A stretch of 64,000 nt of DNA from a virus. The notes beneath the pieces are model-generated. The model saw only the letters and a program-made list of their open reading frames with translations. It was not told the DNA's origin and did no database searches. The position numbers were made by a program, and so were the translations under genes. Shown one piece after another: positions 1 through 9,195 of this stretch (positions are counted from its first letter, which is position 1; every line of letters begins with the position of its first letter). The stretch is from IMG/VR virus record IMGVR_UViG_3300047476_001680, positions 1-64,000 of that record. One strand, written 5' to 3'.

Positions 1-771
1 GACTGGATACACTATCTGGGAACCAGTAAACTTGAATGGGCTATGTTGTTTACCGACGTACAACGTGCAGTGAGAAAGTACCATAACCCCAGTTTGACTG
101 TGAGTTTTGACTGTGCTAGTCCTTTCCTGGCCACAGCCAACGGACAAGTGTATTGGAAAAATAATCTGGAAGACCGTGCCAAATGGTCCTACAAGATGAA
201 AAAATGCGTGGACGATAAAAAGTATGCCAACGACAGTCGTTACTTCCGTGACGCAGTCGTACAAGATGGCATATTTGAAGAATTTATCCCCAGTCCCATA
301 ATCGATCGTACCAAAATTTCTGATATTTGCTGGTACGGCCCTGGCGACCTAAATAAAATCGGCAAAGAAGGCAAGACTTCCTGGGATAGCTTTGCCTATG
401 CTATCTTGATGGGCCACAATGTCTATGCACACCTTAAAGCAGTACAGGATGGCAACGAACGCTACGATGCTGGTGTAATTCCTGAAATGTTGGTGCGCGA
501 AGTCACAGTGCGTGAAACATTCAGACAGGTCACTGATGATATTTTCAGTGCACCCACACACGCTGATGCAATGCGCCGTATCGATGAATTTGACAAGTGG
601 TATACTTGTATTGTAGGATCAAGTGCCAATGGATTCCTGGGTAAAAGAGCTGTAAATGCCCATACTAAATTGGAGGAACATTTCGAAATGGAGGGCAGCG
701 GGCCAGAAATCGAAGCTGCTGAACGTAAAAAAACCGAAGTTGTATTAAACCCTGATCTTTTTGAGGAGTAA
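1..771 (+). CDS. dpdA: TGT-like DNA 7-deazaguanine transglycosylase (DpdA-like), C-terminal part, truncated by window start
   Basis: Frame is open from base 1 (DWIHYLGTSK...). Shows TGT-like HYLG, SFDCASP and late GHN motifs, and lies near queD-like, folE, queD and queE. Confidence 0.7.
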   Translation, partial: DWIHYLGTSKLEWAMLFTDVQRAVRKYHNPSLTVSFDCASPFLATANGQVYWKNNLEDRAKWSYKMKKCVDDKKYANDSRYFRDAVVQDGIFEEFIPSPIIDRTKISDICWYGPGDLNKIGKEGKTSWDSFAYAILMGHNVYAHLKAVQDGNERYDAGVIPEMLVREVTVRETFRQVTDDIFSAPTHADAMRRIDEFDKWYTCIVGSSANGFLGKRAVNAHTKLEEHFEMEGSGPEIEAAERKKTEVVLNPDLFEE

Positions 772-772
772 T

Positions 773-982
773 ATGTACAAGGAAAAAATTCGCCATCTGG
801 AGGAAATGCATCGAGTGCTTAACAAACAAATCGACGATATGGAAAGAAATCATCCCCACGTTGAAAAAGAAAAATTGGCCGAGATGAAAAAGCGTAAACT
901 TTCTATTAGGGACGAAGTATCTCGTCTAAATAGATTGCAATGGGAGTACGACCATAATACTGTACAAGGTGAAGATTATTAA
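773..982 (+). CDS. Small coiled-coil protein, DUF465/YdcH-like
   Basis: HRVLNKQI...LAEMKKRKLSIRDEV pattern; GAGGAG before ATG 773. Confidence 0.6.
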   Translation: MYKEKIRHLEEMHRVLNKQIDDMERNHPHVEKEKLAEMKKRKLSIRDEVSRLNRLQWEYDHNTVQGEDY

Positions 983-1024
983 TTATAATATCACTACAAA
1001 CAACAATCTTAAATTTTAATTATT

Positions 1025-1453
1025 ATGAATCAAGAACAACGCGAAACTGTAGATAGGGTGATGGAAAATGCATCTAGACAAATTTGGGTTACCTTTCAGA
1101 AAGAAGGCGTTCATTTGTATCCAGCGGCTGGCACAGATCCTAAATTACAGGATGTTAGTTTTCTCAGCCATCCTCATCGTCACATTTTCCACTTCAGGGT
1201 GTACATTGATGTGTTCCATAATGACCGGGACATTGAATTCATCCAATTCAAAAGATGGTTACAAGGGCTGTATGATAATGCAGTTCTAGAACTGAATTTT
1301 AAATCCTGCGAGATGATTGCCGACGATCTTTACCTCAAGATATCTGAAAAGTATCCCAATAGGAATGTCACAATCGAAGTCAGTGAAGATAACGAAAATG
1401 GTTGTTCAATCAACTACGCCCTACACAAGCCAGCAATGTCAATTAAAGTTTAA
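1025..1453 (+). CDS. QueD-like T-fold protein
   Basis: HPHRHIFHFRV, DRDIEF, SCEMIA and VSEDNENG motifs; deazaguanine gene context. Confidence 0.65.
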   Translation: MNQEQRETVDRVMENASRQIWVTFQKEGVHLYPAAGTDPKLQDVSFLSHPHRHIFHFRVYIDVFHNDRDIEFIQFKRWLQGLYDNAVLELNFKSCEMIADDLYLKISEKYPNRNVTIEVSEDNENGCSINYALHKPAMSIKV

Positions 1454-1463
1454 GGAGAACAAA

Positions 1464-1670
1464 ATGGTAGCTGCATATATTAAAAAACATTTTAAAATGA
1501 AACCCGAAGTTTCCAAGATCTTTGATGATCTTGAAGCTTATAAAGATTACTGCCGTAATTATATGTTAAAATTTGACGAGAAGGATTTGTATAAATCCGA
1601 GCAGTATCGCAAATTTGAAAAACAACGTAATTGGCTGTTACGTCAACAAGCCAAGGAAAATTCTCAATGA
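1464..1670 (+). CDS. Hypothetical protein
   Basis: AAGGAG before ATG 1464; tightly packed with neighbours. Confidence 0.6.
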   Translation: MVAAYIKKHFKMKPEVSKIFDDLEAYKDYCRNYMLKFDEKDLYKSEQYRKFEKQRNWLLRQQAKENSQ

Positions 1671-1933
1671 TTAATGTTGTTCAAAACTTTATCAAGTCCA
1701 ACATTCCAGCGATGGAAATGTTGGGCGTGATAATGCGTATCATCAGCTTTACCCTGGTATCCTGGTTAGGCCCAGCAAGTCCCTTTATGTTTGTCTGGGT
1801 CTTTAACACTCTGGATGCTATACTATTAACCTATTGCGCGGTCCTCAAACAAGACCGTGCCTACACTTTACTTAACGGATTCTGGATTCTGGTGGGTACC
1901 ATTGGAATAGCCAGGGCAGGAGGACTATTATGA
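1667..1933 (+). CDS. Small membrane protein (about 3 TM)
   Basis: Three hydrophobic segments; ATGA overlaps at both ends. Confidence 0.6.
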   Translation: MINVVQNFIKSNIPAMEMLGVIMRIISFTLVSWLGPASPFMFVWVFNTLDAILLTYCAVLKQDRAYTLLNGFWILVGTIGIARAGGLL

Positions 1934-2421
1934 GCGAAGCAATGCGTGAAAAAGACAGTGCAGACTACGACCTAGAACGTTTTATTGAAATGTTTGACAC
2001 GGCGATGACTAGCAACGACCCACGAGTGCAGAATGCACTGCGTCAACTTATGATGATGGTAATTTTGACTGACAATAGTCACGAAAACAGAGAGAGAAAA
2101 CTGGGCGGGCGGCAGGGGCCACTGCGCAGAATCACAGAAGAACTCAATATGGTGCAGCGTCGTATGCACGACTTGGCTAATGAACTCAGCACATTGAGAT
2201 TGGCAGCAGTCAACTCTCAGGCCAGGTCAGCACTAGATCCCTACGTGGATAGAGGACACCGGTACGAAAGAGAAGGGATGGAAGTCGCTAAAAGGCCTTA
2301 CCCCAGTACACCAGAAGTGTCTATGGGTCAAGTAGCTGTGAACATTCACGGAGAACACGCAGTGCCCGAGAGTGGTAAAAAACTTGCATCACTTATACAG
2401 AGGATGTCGGGCCACAAGTAA
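1930..2421 (+). CDS. Hypothetical coiled-coil protein
   Basis: 163-aa ORF with AGGAGG SD and overlapping start/stop junctions. Confidence 0.6.
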   Translation: MSEAMREKDSADYDLERFIEMFDTAMTSNDPRVQNALRQLMMMVILTDNSHENRERKLGGRQGPLRRITEELNMVQRRMHDLANELSTLRLAAVNSQARSALDPYVDRGHRYEREGMEVAKRPYPSTPEVSMGQVAVNIHGEHAVPESGKKLASLIQRMSGHK

Positions 2422-3491
2422 TGAAAACTATCTATATAGTTCCCATTGAACCCATAGATGCTAGATATACCAAACAATGGTATGAAAACATACCAGCGAT
2501 TCTAGAATCTGAAATCACTAAACGTAATCTAGATGTAAAGGTGGTCACTGTTGATGGTGTTAGTATTCCACCCAACACCACCACTGGTGCGTTTTTAGAT
2601 TTTGGTGCTACCAATGTCTACAAAGCCAGCCAGGCTGAGCGTATCAGTCGTATGTTCAGTGAGGGCAAGATTCAGCCTGGTGACAAGTTTTTAGTAACTG
2701 ACGCCTGGAACTTTGTGATCACTCCCATCAAGTATATGAGTGACTTGTTGGATATACCCGTGGAGATACACGGCATCTGGCACGCCGGCGCCTATGACCC
2801 CAGTGACATCCTGGGCTACAAAATGAATAAGCCCTGGCCCTGGCATACTGAACGTGGGTGGTATCATAGTTGTGATTATAACTACTATGCAACCAATTTT
2901 CACAAGGATATGTTCTTGCGTAACTTGAACATCGAAGAGGACGCATACTTCAAGGCGGTGCGATCAGGTCAACCACACGACCCAATTATTGATCAATGTG
3001 GACAATATTGGAATGTTGCTAAAACTAACACGATGATCTGGCCGCATAGATACAACGCCGACAAACAACCAGAGATAGTAGAGGATCTGTCTTCATTGAT
3101 CGCTGGCGACACAATTATCACGCAGAAATTAAACTTATCCAAGGATGAGTACTACAAAACTCTTGGCGGTTGTTCAGTGATGTTTAGTTGTAGCCTACAC
3201 GAGAATCTTGGTATCAGTATGATGGAGGGTGTACTAGCTGGAGTTATCCCCATTGTGCCAGATCGTTGCTCGTACAAGGAAATGTATCTAGATGAATTCA
3301 AATATCCCTCGGAATGGACTGAAAGTGTTGATGCGTATAAACAACACCGCGATGATCTGGTAGAATTTGTAAACCGAAGAATCAATAATAGAGATCAGTT
3401 TATAGGTGCATTACAGCGCCAAAAAAATATTTTGGTACAAAACTACCTAAATGCCACGGTGATGATTGACAAGTTGCTGTTAAACATTTAA
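2421..3491 (+). CDS. GT-B (GT4-like) glycosyltransferase, candidate DNA-base glycosyltransferase
   Basis: HGIWHAGAYD motif and ENLGISMME (E-x7-E) motif; lies between the dpdA-like gene and folE. Confidence 0.75.
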   Translation: MKTIYIVPIEPIDARYTKQWYENIPAILESEITKRNLDVKVVTVDGVSIPPNTTTGAFLDFGATNVYKASQAERISRMFSEGKIQPGDKFLVTDAWNFVITPIKYMSDLLDIPVEIHGIWHAGAYDPSDILGYKMNKPWPWHTERGWYHSCDYNYYATNFHKDMFLRNLNIEEDAYFKAVRSGQPHDPIIDQCGQYWNVAKTNTMIWPHRYNADKQPEIVEDLSSLIAGDTIITQKLNLSKDEYYKTLGGCSVMFSCSLHENLGISMMEGVLAGVIPIVPDRCSYKEMYLDEFKYPSEWTESVDAYKQHRDDLVEFVNRRINNRDQFIGALQRQKNILVQNYLNATVMIDKLLLNI

Positions 3492-3494
3492 AAT
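3466..3494 (+). promoter_or_regulatory. Sigma70-type promoter
   Basis: TTGACA-17 nt-TAAAAT upstream of AAGGAG and ATG 3516. Confidence 0.65.
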
Positions 3495-3515
3495 GACAAA
3501 ATCAAGGAGAGTAAA

Positions 3516-3707
3516 ATGAAAGTATCTAACAAACTAAGCAAAGTAAGCGACAGTTACACTGTCAATATGTATGACAATGGGTTTATGGTGGAAATAAGCG
3601 GTCGCAACGAAGAAAATGACTGGGCTACAGCCAAAATTCTATGTGGCGATTTGAACGATGTTCTAGAGCTGGTCAAAGAAATCGCCGATATGCCACGTGA
3701 CAATTAA
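3516..3707 (+). CDS. Hypothetical protein
   Basis: Good SD and upstream promoter; 63 aa. Confidence 0.65.
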   Translation: MKVSNKLSKVSDSYTVNMYDNGFMVEISGRNEENDWATAKILCGDLNDVLELVKEIADMPRDN

Positions 3708-3720
3708 TTTTAGGAAAACG

Positions 3721-4401
3721 ATGAAACAACCTATCAGTGAAGAAATTAGAAAGCGTGTGGAAGCTGCTGGTGTGCGTTACCACAGCAACGACAACATTTC
3801 TGAATTTATTAAAGAAGGTGAACTAGAAGCACTGCAACAAGAGGTCGCCTACAAGATGGAAGATGTCCTGCAGAGTTTGGTCATTGATACTACACACGAT
3901 CATAACACGCAGGACACAGCCAATCGCGTGGCCAAGATGTTTATTCAGGAAACGTTCAGTGGTCGCTATCGTCCAGTGCCCAAGGTTACTGCCTTTCCCA
4001 ATATGGGATATAAGAGTCTGTACACCACTGGACCAATTACTATTCGCAGCACTTGTGCACATCACTTTCAGAATATCGTGGGTAAATGCTGGGTGGGTAT
4101 TGTTCCTGAAGACGAAGTCATTGGCCTGAGCAAGTTTAACCGCATAGTTCATCATATCTGCGAGCGTCCACAAATTCAGGAAGAAATGACCACGCAAATT
4201 GCAGAAGCATTAAAGAAGTATGCCAAGACTGAAAACATTGCAGTAGTGGTTAAAGCCGAGCATCACTGTATGACACATCGTGGTGTTCGTGAACACGAAA
4301 GTGATATGACCACTGCAATTATGCTGGGTAGATTCCTGGAAGATCCGGCTCTTAAGAAAGAGTTCTACGACATCTGTATGAGTATGAAGGGACATAACTA
4401 A
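3721..4401 (+). CDS. folE: GTP cyclohydrolase I
   Basis: TANRVAKMF, STCAHH, GLSKFNR, PQIQE and HHCMTHRG motifs. Confidence 0.95.
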   Translation: MKQPISEEIRKRVEAAGVRYHSNDNISEFIKEGELEALQQEVAYKMEDVLQSLVIDTTHDHNTQDTANRVAKMFIQETFSGRYRPVPKVTAFPNMGYKSLYTTGPITIRSTCAHHFQNIVGKCWVGIVPEDEVIGLSKFNRIVHHICERPQIQEEMTTQIAEALKKYAKTENIAVVVKAEHHCMTHRGVREHESDMTTAIMLGRFLEDPALKKEFYDICMSMKGHN

Positions 4402-5015
4402 TGGCTATCTGGAGGGTTTCTACCTATTACAAAAAATCCTGTGAGGAGCACGAGTATTATTACAAGGACGGGCAAACAATTGTCCGTAAAACAGGATTTC
4501 GATGGGGAAGTTTTTTTGTAGAAACAGATGATGACAACCCGCCAAAGTTTGAATTTGACTATGTTCCCGGTGGTGATGGCAGACTGGATAGTATTAATAT
4601 GTATGACTGTTGTGTTAATAACATTGTGGGTTCCGAACTAGAACATATGAGTGACGGCTGCTGGGAAGACATAGAGTTTCCAGAAGAAATGGATGACGAG
4701 GAACAGGAAAGATTAACTGAACTGTTTGATGAATCCAGTATTTACGAAGTTCTTGAAGAAAGTGAAGGCTGGAGTCAAAACGACACTGAAGCCTGGGTCT
4801 GGGGTCCTATACTCATCGAGGATGAAGCAGGTAACCGAGTCAGAATTATCTGCGCTGACAGTCAAGGTAATGTGATTGATTTTAAAGAAGACGAAGAAGA
4901 CGATGAAGATGAGGAAGTTACCTTTGAAGAACTTGCTAAAATTAATCCAGAGACAGAAGAAGATGTAATTAAATCTATGCCTGTATGGCCATTTCCTGAC
5001 ATCAAGGACAAATAA
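4401..5015 (+). CDS. Acidic hypothetical protein
   Basis: 204-aa D/E-rich ORF; TAATG coupling at both ends. Confidence 0.65.
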   Translation: MAIWRVSTYYKKSCEEHEYYYKDGQTIVRKTGFRWGSFFVETDDDNPPKFEFDYVPGGDGRLDSINMYDCCVNNIVGSELEHMSDGCWEDIEFPEEMDDEEQERLTELFDESSIYEVLEESEGWSQNDTEAWVWGPILIEDEAGNRVRIICADSQGNVIDFKEDEEDDEDEEVTFEELAKINPETEEDVIKSMPVWPFPDIKDK

Positions 5016-5239
5016 TGAACCACAAAGAACTTGTTGACAATATTATTTTTCGAGCAAAAAACATTCAGGAATTTACTGTGATCACCGCAGTACCTCAAGG
5101 CTTTATGTTCAATGGCCCAGTGCCTTTTGATATACGAATTGCCGGAGGCTATATCGAGGCAGATATTCTAGCAATGGATTTTGACGAAGCCACCAAGATG
5201 TTCCACAATTGGCTGGAAGGATTAAAAGAAAATGATTAA
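5015..5239 (+). CDS. Hypothetical protein
   Basis: Translationally coupled ORF, AAGGA SD. Confidence 0.6.
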   Translation: MNHKELVDNIIFRAKNIQEFTVITAVPQGFMFNGPVPFDIRIAGGYIEADILAMDFDEATKMFHNWLEGLKEND

Positions 5240-5525
5240 GTTAAAACGCTGGATCCGCAATTGGTTAACCAGTGACGATATTCAATTAGGTCATATTGCA
5301 GAAAAAGAACCAAGAAACTATCCCAGAGCAGTGGACACTGTGGATTCTGGAGACAACCTTAAGTTTACTGTGACATCAGCCACGGGTGGCATAATTATCA
5401 CTAGTAACTATTTTGACAAGCACCGCGGTGAAAATAAACATAACATTTATCTAATACACGATGACGACGAAGTAGCCGAAAATATTACTAAAATAATAAC
5501 ACTAGAGTTGCTAAAAAAGCAATAA
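5232..5525 (+). CDS. Hypothetical protein
   Basis: Overlaps upstream gene in the same operon. Confidence 0.6.
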   Translation: MIKLKRWIRNWLTSDDIQLGHIAEKEPRNYPRAVDTVDSGDNLKFTVTSATGGIIITSNYFDKHRGENKHNIYLIHDDDEVAENITKIITLELLKKQ

Positions 5526-5534
5526 TATTATCAC

Positions 5535-5578
5535 TTGACCTTAAAGTAATATACTGTTATTATACGGTATATTACTTT
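5535..5578 (+). promoter_or_regulatory. Sigma70 promoter whose -10 box is the loop of a 15-bp inverted repeat (possibly also a terminator)
   Basis: TTGACC-17-TATTAT with extended TG; stem AAAGTAATATACTGT/ACGGTATATTACTTT. Confidence 0.6.
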
Positions 5579-5593
5579 CTTCTTGAGGGAACT

Positions 5594-8143
5594 ATGAAAA
5601 CTAAACAAACAAATTTAAGTATAATCTCGTTTTTGATTATGGCGCTGTTTTCCACTACTGCTTGCACTCAAACTCTTGGCGGCTTTACTAGATCCCCATT
5701 AAATGCGTCAATCACCAAATCTTCTGCAAGTTCCCCAGTAAACACTGCTCCCATAACGTCATTTACTCTAGCAAATTCTTTTAGTCCAGTAGATTCTACT
5801 AATAGATCATACGTTGTGCACGATTTATTCGCACGTGATTTAAACAAAGACAGAGTAGATGAGATTATATATGCAGGGCGTGTTTCTAATTATTCCGGGG
5901 CGATCTATGAAGAAGTAAATCTTAATATTTTTGGTTGGAACGTAAACAAGTCAAAATTAACCAATGAAACCACTCGTTGGTTCTCTCCCGGTGAAAATAA
6001 AATCAAAGGTACAGAACCCACTGTTTTATTTGGTAATTTTACTGGTGGTGGTACTGACATTTTCCTAGCACAAAGCACAGACAGACCTGACGAGAACACA
6101 ATGGGTCCGGCAGTTATTTTCAAGAACACTGGCAAAAACAAATTAACTAGAATAGAACTGCCCGGAACTACTTCTTGGTCACACGGCTCAGCCACGTTCG
6201 ACATTAATGGTGACGGAAAAATGGATATTATGGCTGTGAGCTATAATAACAATTCATTCACAGTGTTGGGTGGCGTCACCCCTAAAGTTTTCAGTGACGC
6301 TAACTCTAATTCCTCAGGGACTGACTCTCAGGGTCGTGCGGTTGCTGGAGTATTTGGTAGTGGCCTAACTATTGGCAAATTTCTCAATAACAATAAAGTC
6401 TACGCTATTGTGGCGGACAGTCCTTATATTGATGGTGTGCCAGGAAGCTGGGGGCGTGTGGCTATGATGGAAGTTTACGCTGGTTTTCATTATGAAAACG
6501 GTGTAAAAACTACCAAAGAGATTGCTGGTGTGATACCTTCTACTGCTAAACTATTACCATTACCTCACCTGGAGGCTGAGAAAGCTAGTAGTATGGGGAT
6601 GACTGAATTAGATTACATACAACGTGGAGATAGTAACATCAGCCACGATACCCGTGTTATCACACTAAAAGTTAATAATGATAAATTCTCTGACATTGCA
6701 GTTATCAGTCGTCCAAATGCGCCTGATAATAACTGGGGTGCAGTTAAAGGTGATAGTTATGTAACATTTTACAAAAACAATGGTGATGGTACTTTTAGTC
6801 GTGTAGGTCTTTTCTTTAAAGAAAATGCTCGTTTTTATAATGTAGAAACACGTGACATTAATGGTGACGGTAGAGCAGACCTAATTCTCAGTGCACAACA
6901 AGGTAATACATCTATCCTTATAGCTAAACAACAAAAAAATGGTGATATAGTTTATGTCGAAGCAGGTTCTAATGTCATCAAGGCTTTTGAAGATAAAATT
7001 CGAGCCAATACAGGAGGTGGATGCACAGAAACAGATAACTGGTGTGTGGGTGCGACAAATATTGTCCGCGGCCCTGGTGGTAAAAACTACGTAGTTGGTA
7101 TTCACAATGAGTACCCTATGACTGGGGGCCAAATTTCACATACTTACTACAGTATCATTGGCAACAAGGGAACACTGACACTCAATGGTGCAATACAAAC
7201 TCTTATGTCGCAGTGGAATCTCACTGAAAAACAAGCTACAGAAATTTTGAAGTTAACTGGCACAAACTATGCTGATGGCACTGTTATTAATATTGATGCT
7301 GCGATGCAGCCTGTCAGGGGTCTATGGTTTCCAATGAATGGCAAGATGGTAGCACTGCAAGGTGGTGTTTCGGGCATTGCACCCAATGAAGCTATCAAGA
7401 ATTTTACGGGTGTTGATTATTATAACCGTAATTTTAGTTTAGACATTGGGCAGAGATTAAGTTCTTCCGATTACTGGAGTCAACGATCCTATCAAGCCAT
7501 CAATCACGGGCTTGCTAGTATGCAATTACAGAATACTGATATAATTACTATTGGTAATTTCAAATTTAATAGTACTAACGATCCAATGGAAGGTGCTAAA
7601 TCTTGGGCGATGGGTGTAAGTGGTATCGCTATCAATGACAACACTGAAATGTCAATGAGTATTAGCAAGGTACCATTCAATCCTTGGTTCTCTATGTCAG
7701 GCACCTGGGGGCAGTTACAAAATTCTTCTATCATTGAAAGTAGTATATTACACACAACTGGCCCTTGGTCCTACCGTGGAGGTTTGATGCAAGTTACCAG
7801 TGAATATACACCTGGGTTGGTGACCGCAGTAAAACCAATCTATGCTGGCTGGGCTGATGTAGAGTATATGGTAAATGATAATTTAAAGGTTGCCACGGGT
7901 GTTCTTCCCTATGCATTTGCTGGCTCAGTGAGTATGACTTTACCCACTGGTATTGACAATCAAGGCCAATTCTCTTATACTAGTTCCAGTGCAAGTATCA
8001 AGGATACTATGCGCGGATATGCTCGGATTAACTACACTGGACTGGTTGAAAATCACAAAAATATATCATATAGTTTTACAGGCTTAATAACTGACCACGG
8101 TGTGCCAGCTGGTCGCGCAACGCTTAATTACAGCTTTAAATAA
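5594..8143 (+). CDS. Exported FG-GAP/VCBS-repeat protein with probable C-terminal beta-barrel
   Basis: Signal peptide, possibly lipoprotein type (TTAC). DLNKDRVDEI, DINGDGKMDI and DINGDGRADL loops. Ends LNYSFK. Confidence 0.7.
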   Translation: MKTKQTNLSIISFLIMALFSTTACTQTLGGFTRSPLNASITKSSASSPVNTAPITSFTLANSFSPVDSTNRSYVVHDLFARDLNKDRVDEIIYAGRVSNYSGAIYEEVNLNIFGWNVNKSKLTNETTRWFSPGENKIKGTEPTVLFGNFTGGGTDIFLAQSTDRPDENTMGPAVIFKNTGKNKLTRIELPGTTSWSHGSATFDINGDGKMDIMAVSYNNNSFTVLGGVTPKVFSDANSNSSGTDSQGRAVAGVFGSGLTIGKFLNNNKVYAIVADSPYIDGVPGSWGRVAMMEVYAGFHYENGVKTTKEIAGVIPSTAKLLPLPHLEAEKASSMGMTELDYIQRGDSNISHDTRVITLKVNNDKFSDIAVISRPNAPDNNWGAVKGDSYVTFYKNNGDGTFSRVGLFFKENARFYNVETRDINGDGRADLILSAQQGNTSILIAKQQKNGDIVYVEAGSNVIKAFEDKIRANTGGGCTETDNWCVGATNIVRGPGGKNYVVGIHNEYPMTGGQISHTYYSIIGNKGTLTLNGAIQTLMSQWNLTEKQATEILKLTGTNYADGTVINIDAAMQPVRGLWFPMNGKMVALQGGVSGIAPNEAIKNFTGVDYYNRNFSLDIGQRLSSSDYWSQRSYQAINHGLASMQLQNTDIITIGNFKFNSTNDPMEGAKSWAMGVSGIAINDNTEMSMSISKVPFNPWFSMSGTWGQLQNSSIIESSILHTTGPWSYRGGLMQVTSEYTPGLVTAVKPIYAGWADVEYMVNDNLKVATGVLPYAFAGSVSMTLPTGIDNQGQFSYTSSSASIKDTMRGYARINYTGLVENHKNISYSFTGLITDHGVPAGRATLNYSFK

Positions 8144-8147
8144 TAAA

Positions 8148-8672
8148 ATGAAAAAATTTATTTTAGATAACAACCAATTTAAATCGCTAGTGGCGGGTCT
8201 TGCAAGAGACATTACGCTGTCAGGCTGGCGACCAGATTATATTGTAGGGATCACAAGAGGCGGATTACTACCGGCTGTTATGCTTAGTCATTATTTTGAT
8301 ATACCTTGTGAAACCTTAAAGGTCAGTTTGCGTGATGGTGGTGAGCCCGAAAGTAATCTCTGGATGGCTGAAGATGCTTTTGGTTATGACCAGGGTAAGA
8401 GTGTTCCGCACCTCTGCAAAAATATCTTAGTAGTGGACGACATCAATGACAGTGGCGCAACCATTAACTGGATTATGGAGGACTGGCGGTCTGGGTGTAT
8501 GCCCAACGATGCTGCCTGGAACACAGTCTGGGGAAGGAATGTACGATTTGCGGTGCTGGTGGATAATACTGCTAGCCAATGCCAGACCTCAATGAGTTAT
8601 TTTGGTATGGAAGTTAACAAATCTGAAGAAGACGTTTGGATAGAATTTCCTTATGAAAAATGGTGGACTTAA
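8148..8672 (+). CDS. Type I phosphoribosyltransferase (Gpt-like)
   Basis: IVGITRGG and PRPP loop ILVVDDINDSGAT. Confidence 0.85.
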   Translation: MKKFILDNNQFKSLVAGLARDITLSGWRPDYIVGITRGGLLPAVMLSHYFDIPCETLKVSLRDGGEPESNLWMAEDAFGYDQGKSVPHLCKNILVVDDINDSGATINWIMEDWRSGCMPNDAAWNTVWGRNVRFAVLVDNTASQCQTSMSYFGMEVNKSEEDVWIEFPYEKWWT

Positions 8673-9195
8673 TTTAAGCATTTCTGTTTTCGGAAGTAAA
8701 GTAAATTCTTGGCCCACTCTCTTAATCAGTATCAATGATTGCATTGTCTATGATAAAGAAGTATCCGGGAGCAAAACAATATCTATCGATGTTGACGCAA
8801 TAAAAGTTTACAATATTAAAGTTTCTGGAATAGGGAAAAAGTTTGGTGAAGATGGCGTCTACGATACCATCGTTGACTCGCAGGGAAATATAATACAAGA
8901 TAAAAGTCTTATTATAACTGATATATCAGTAAATGGCATAGCTATGGATGATCACTGGATAAGATCTTTACCATTCTTCACTGATAATTTTACTAATTTT
9001 TCTGCAAAGGGATTCTATACTAACGGTGAATTAAGATTCAGTATTACTGAACCTGTATTAGACTGGGTCATTAATGAAAGATTTATTAAACATAAAACAC
9101 AAAATACACAAATATTTGGTGGTGGAGACAAGTTTGAATATACAGAAATATTAAATAAGATTGATCATATTAAAAAAACATACTTTAATGACTAA
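8653..9195 (+). CDS. Hypothetical protein coupled to a radical SAM gene
   Basis: 180-aa AT-rich ORF overlapping both neighbours. Confidence 0.6.
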   Translation: MKNGGLNLSISVFGSKVNSWPTLLISINDCIVYDKEVSGSKTISIDVDAIKVYNIKVSGIGKKFGEDGVYDTIVDSQGNIIQDKSLIITDISVNGIAMDDHWIRSLPFFTDNFTNFSAKGFYTNGELRFSITEPVLDWVINERFIKHKTQNTQIFGGGDKFEYTEILNKIDHIKKTYFND

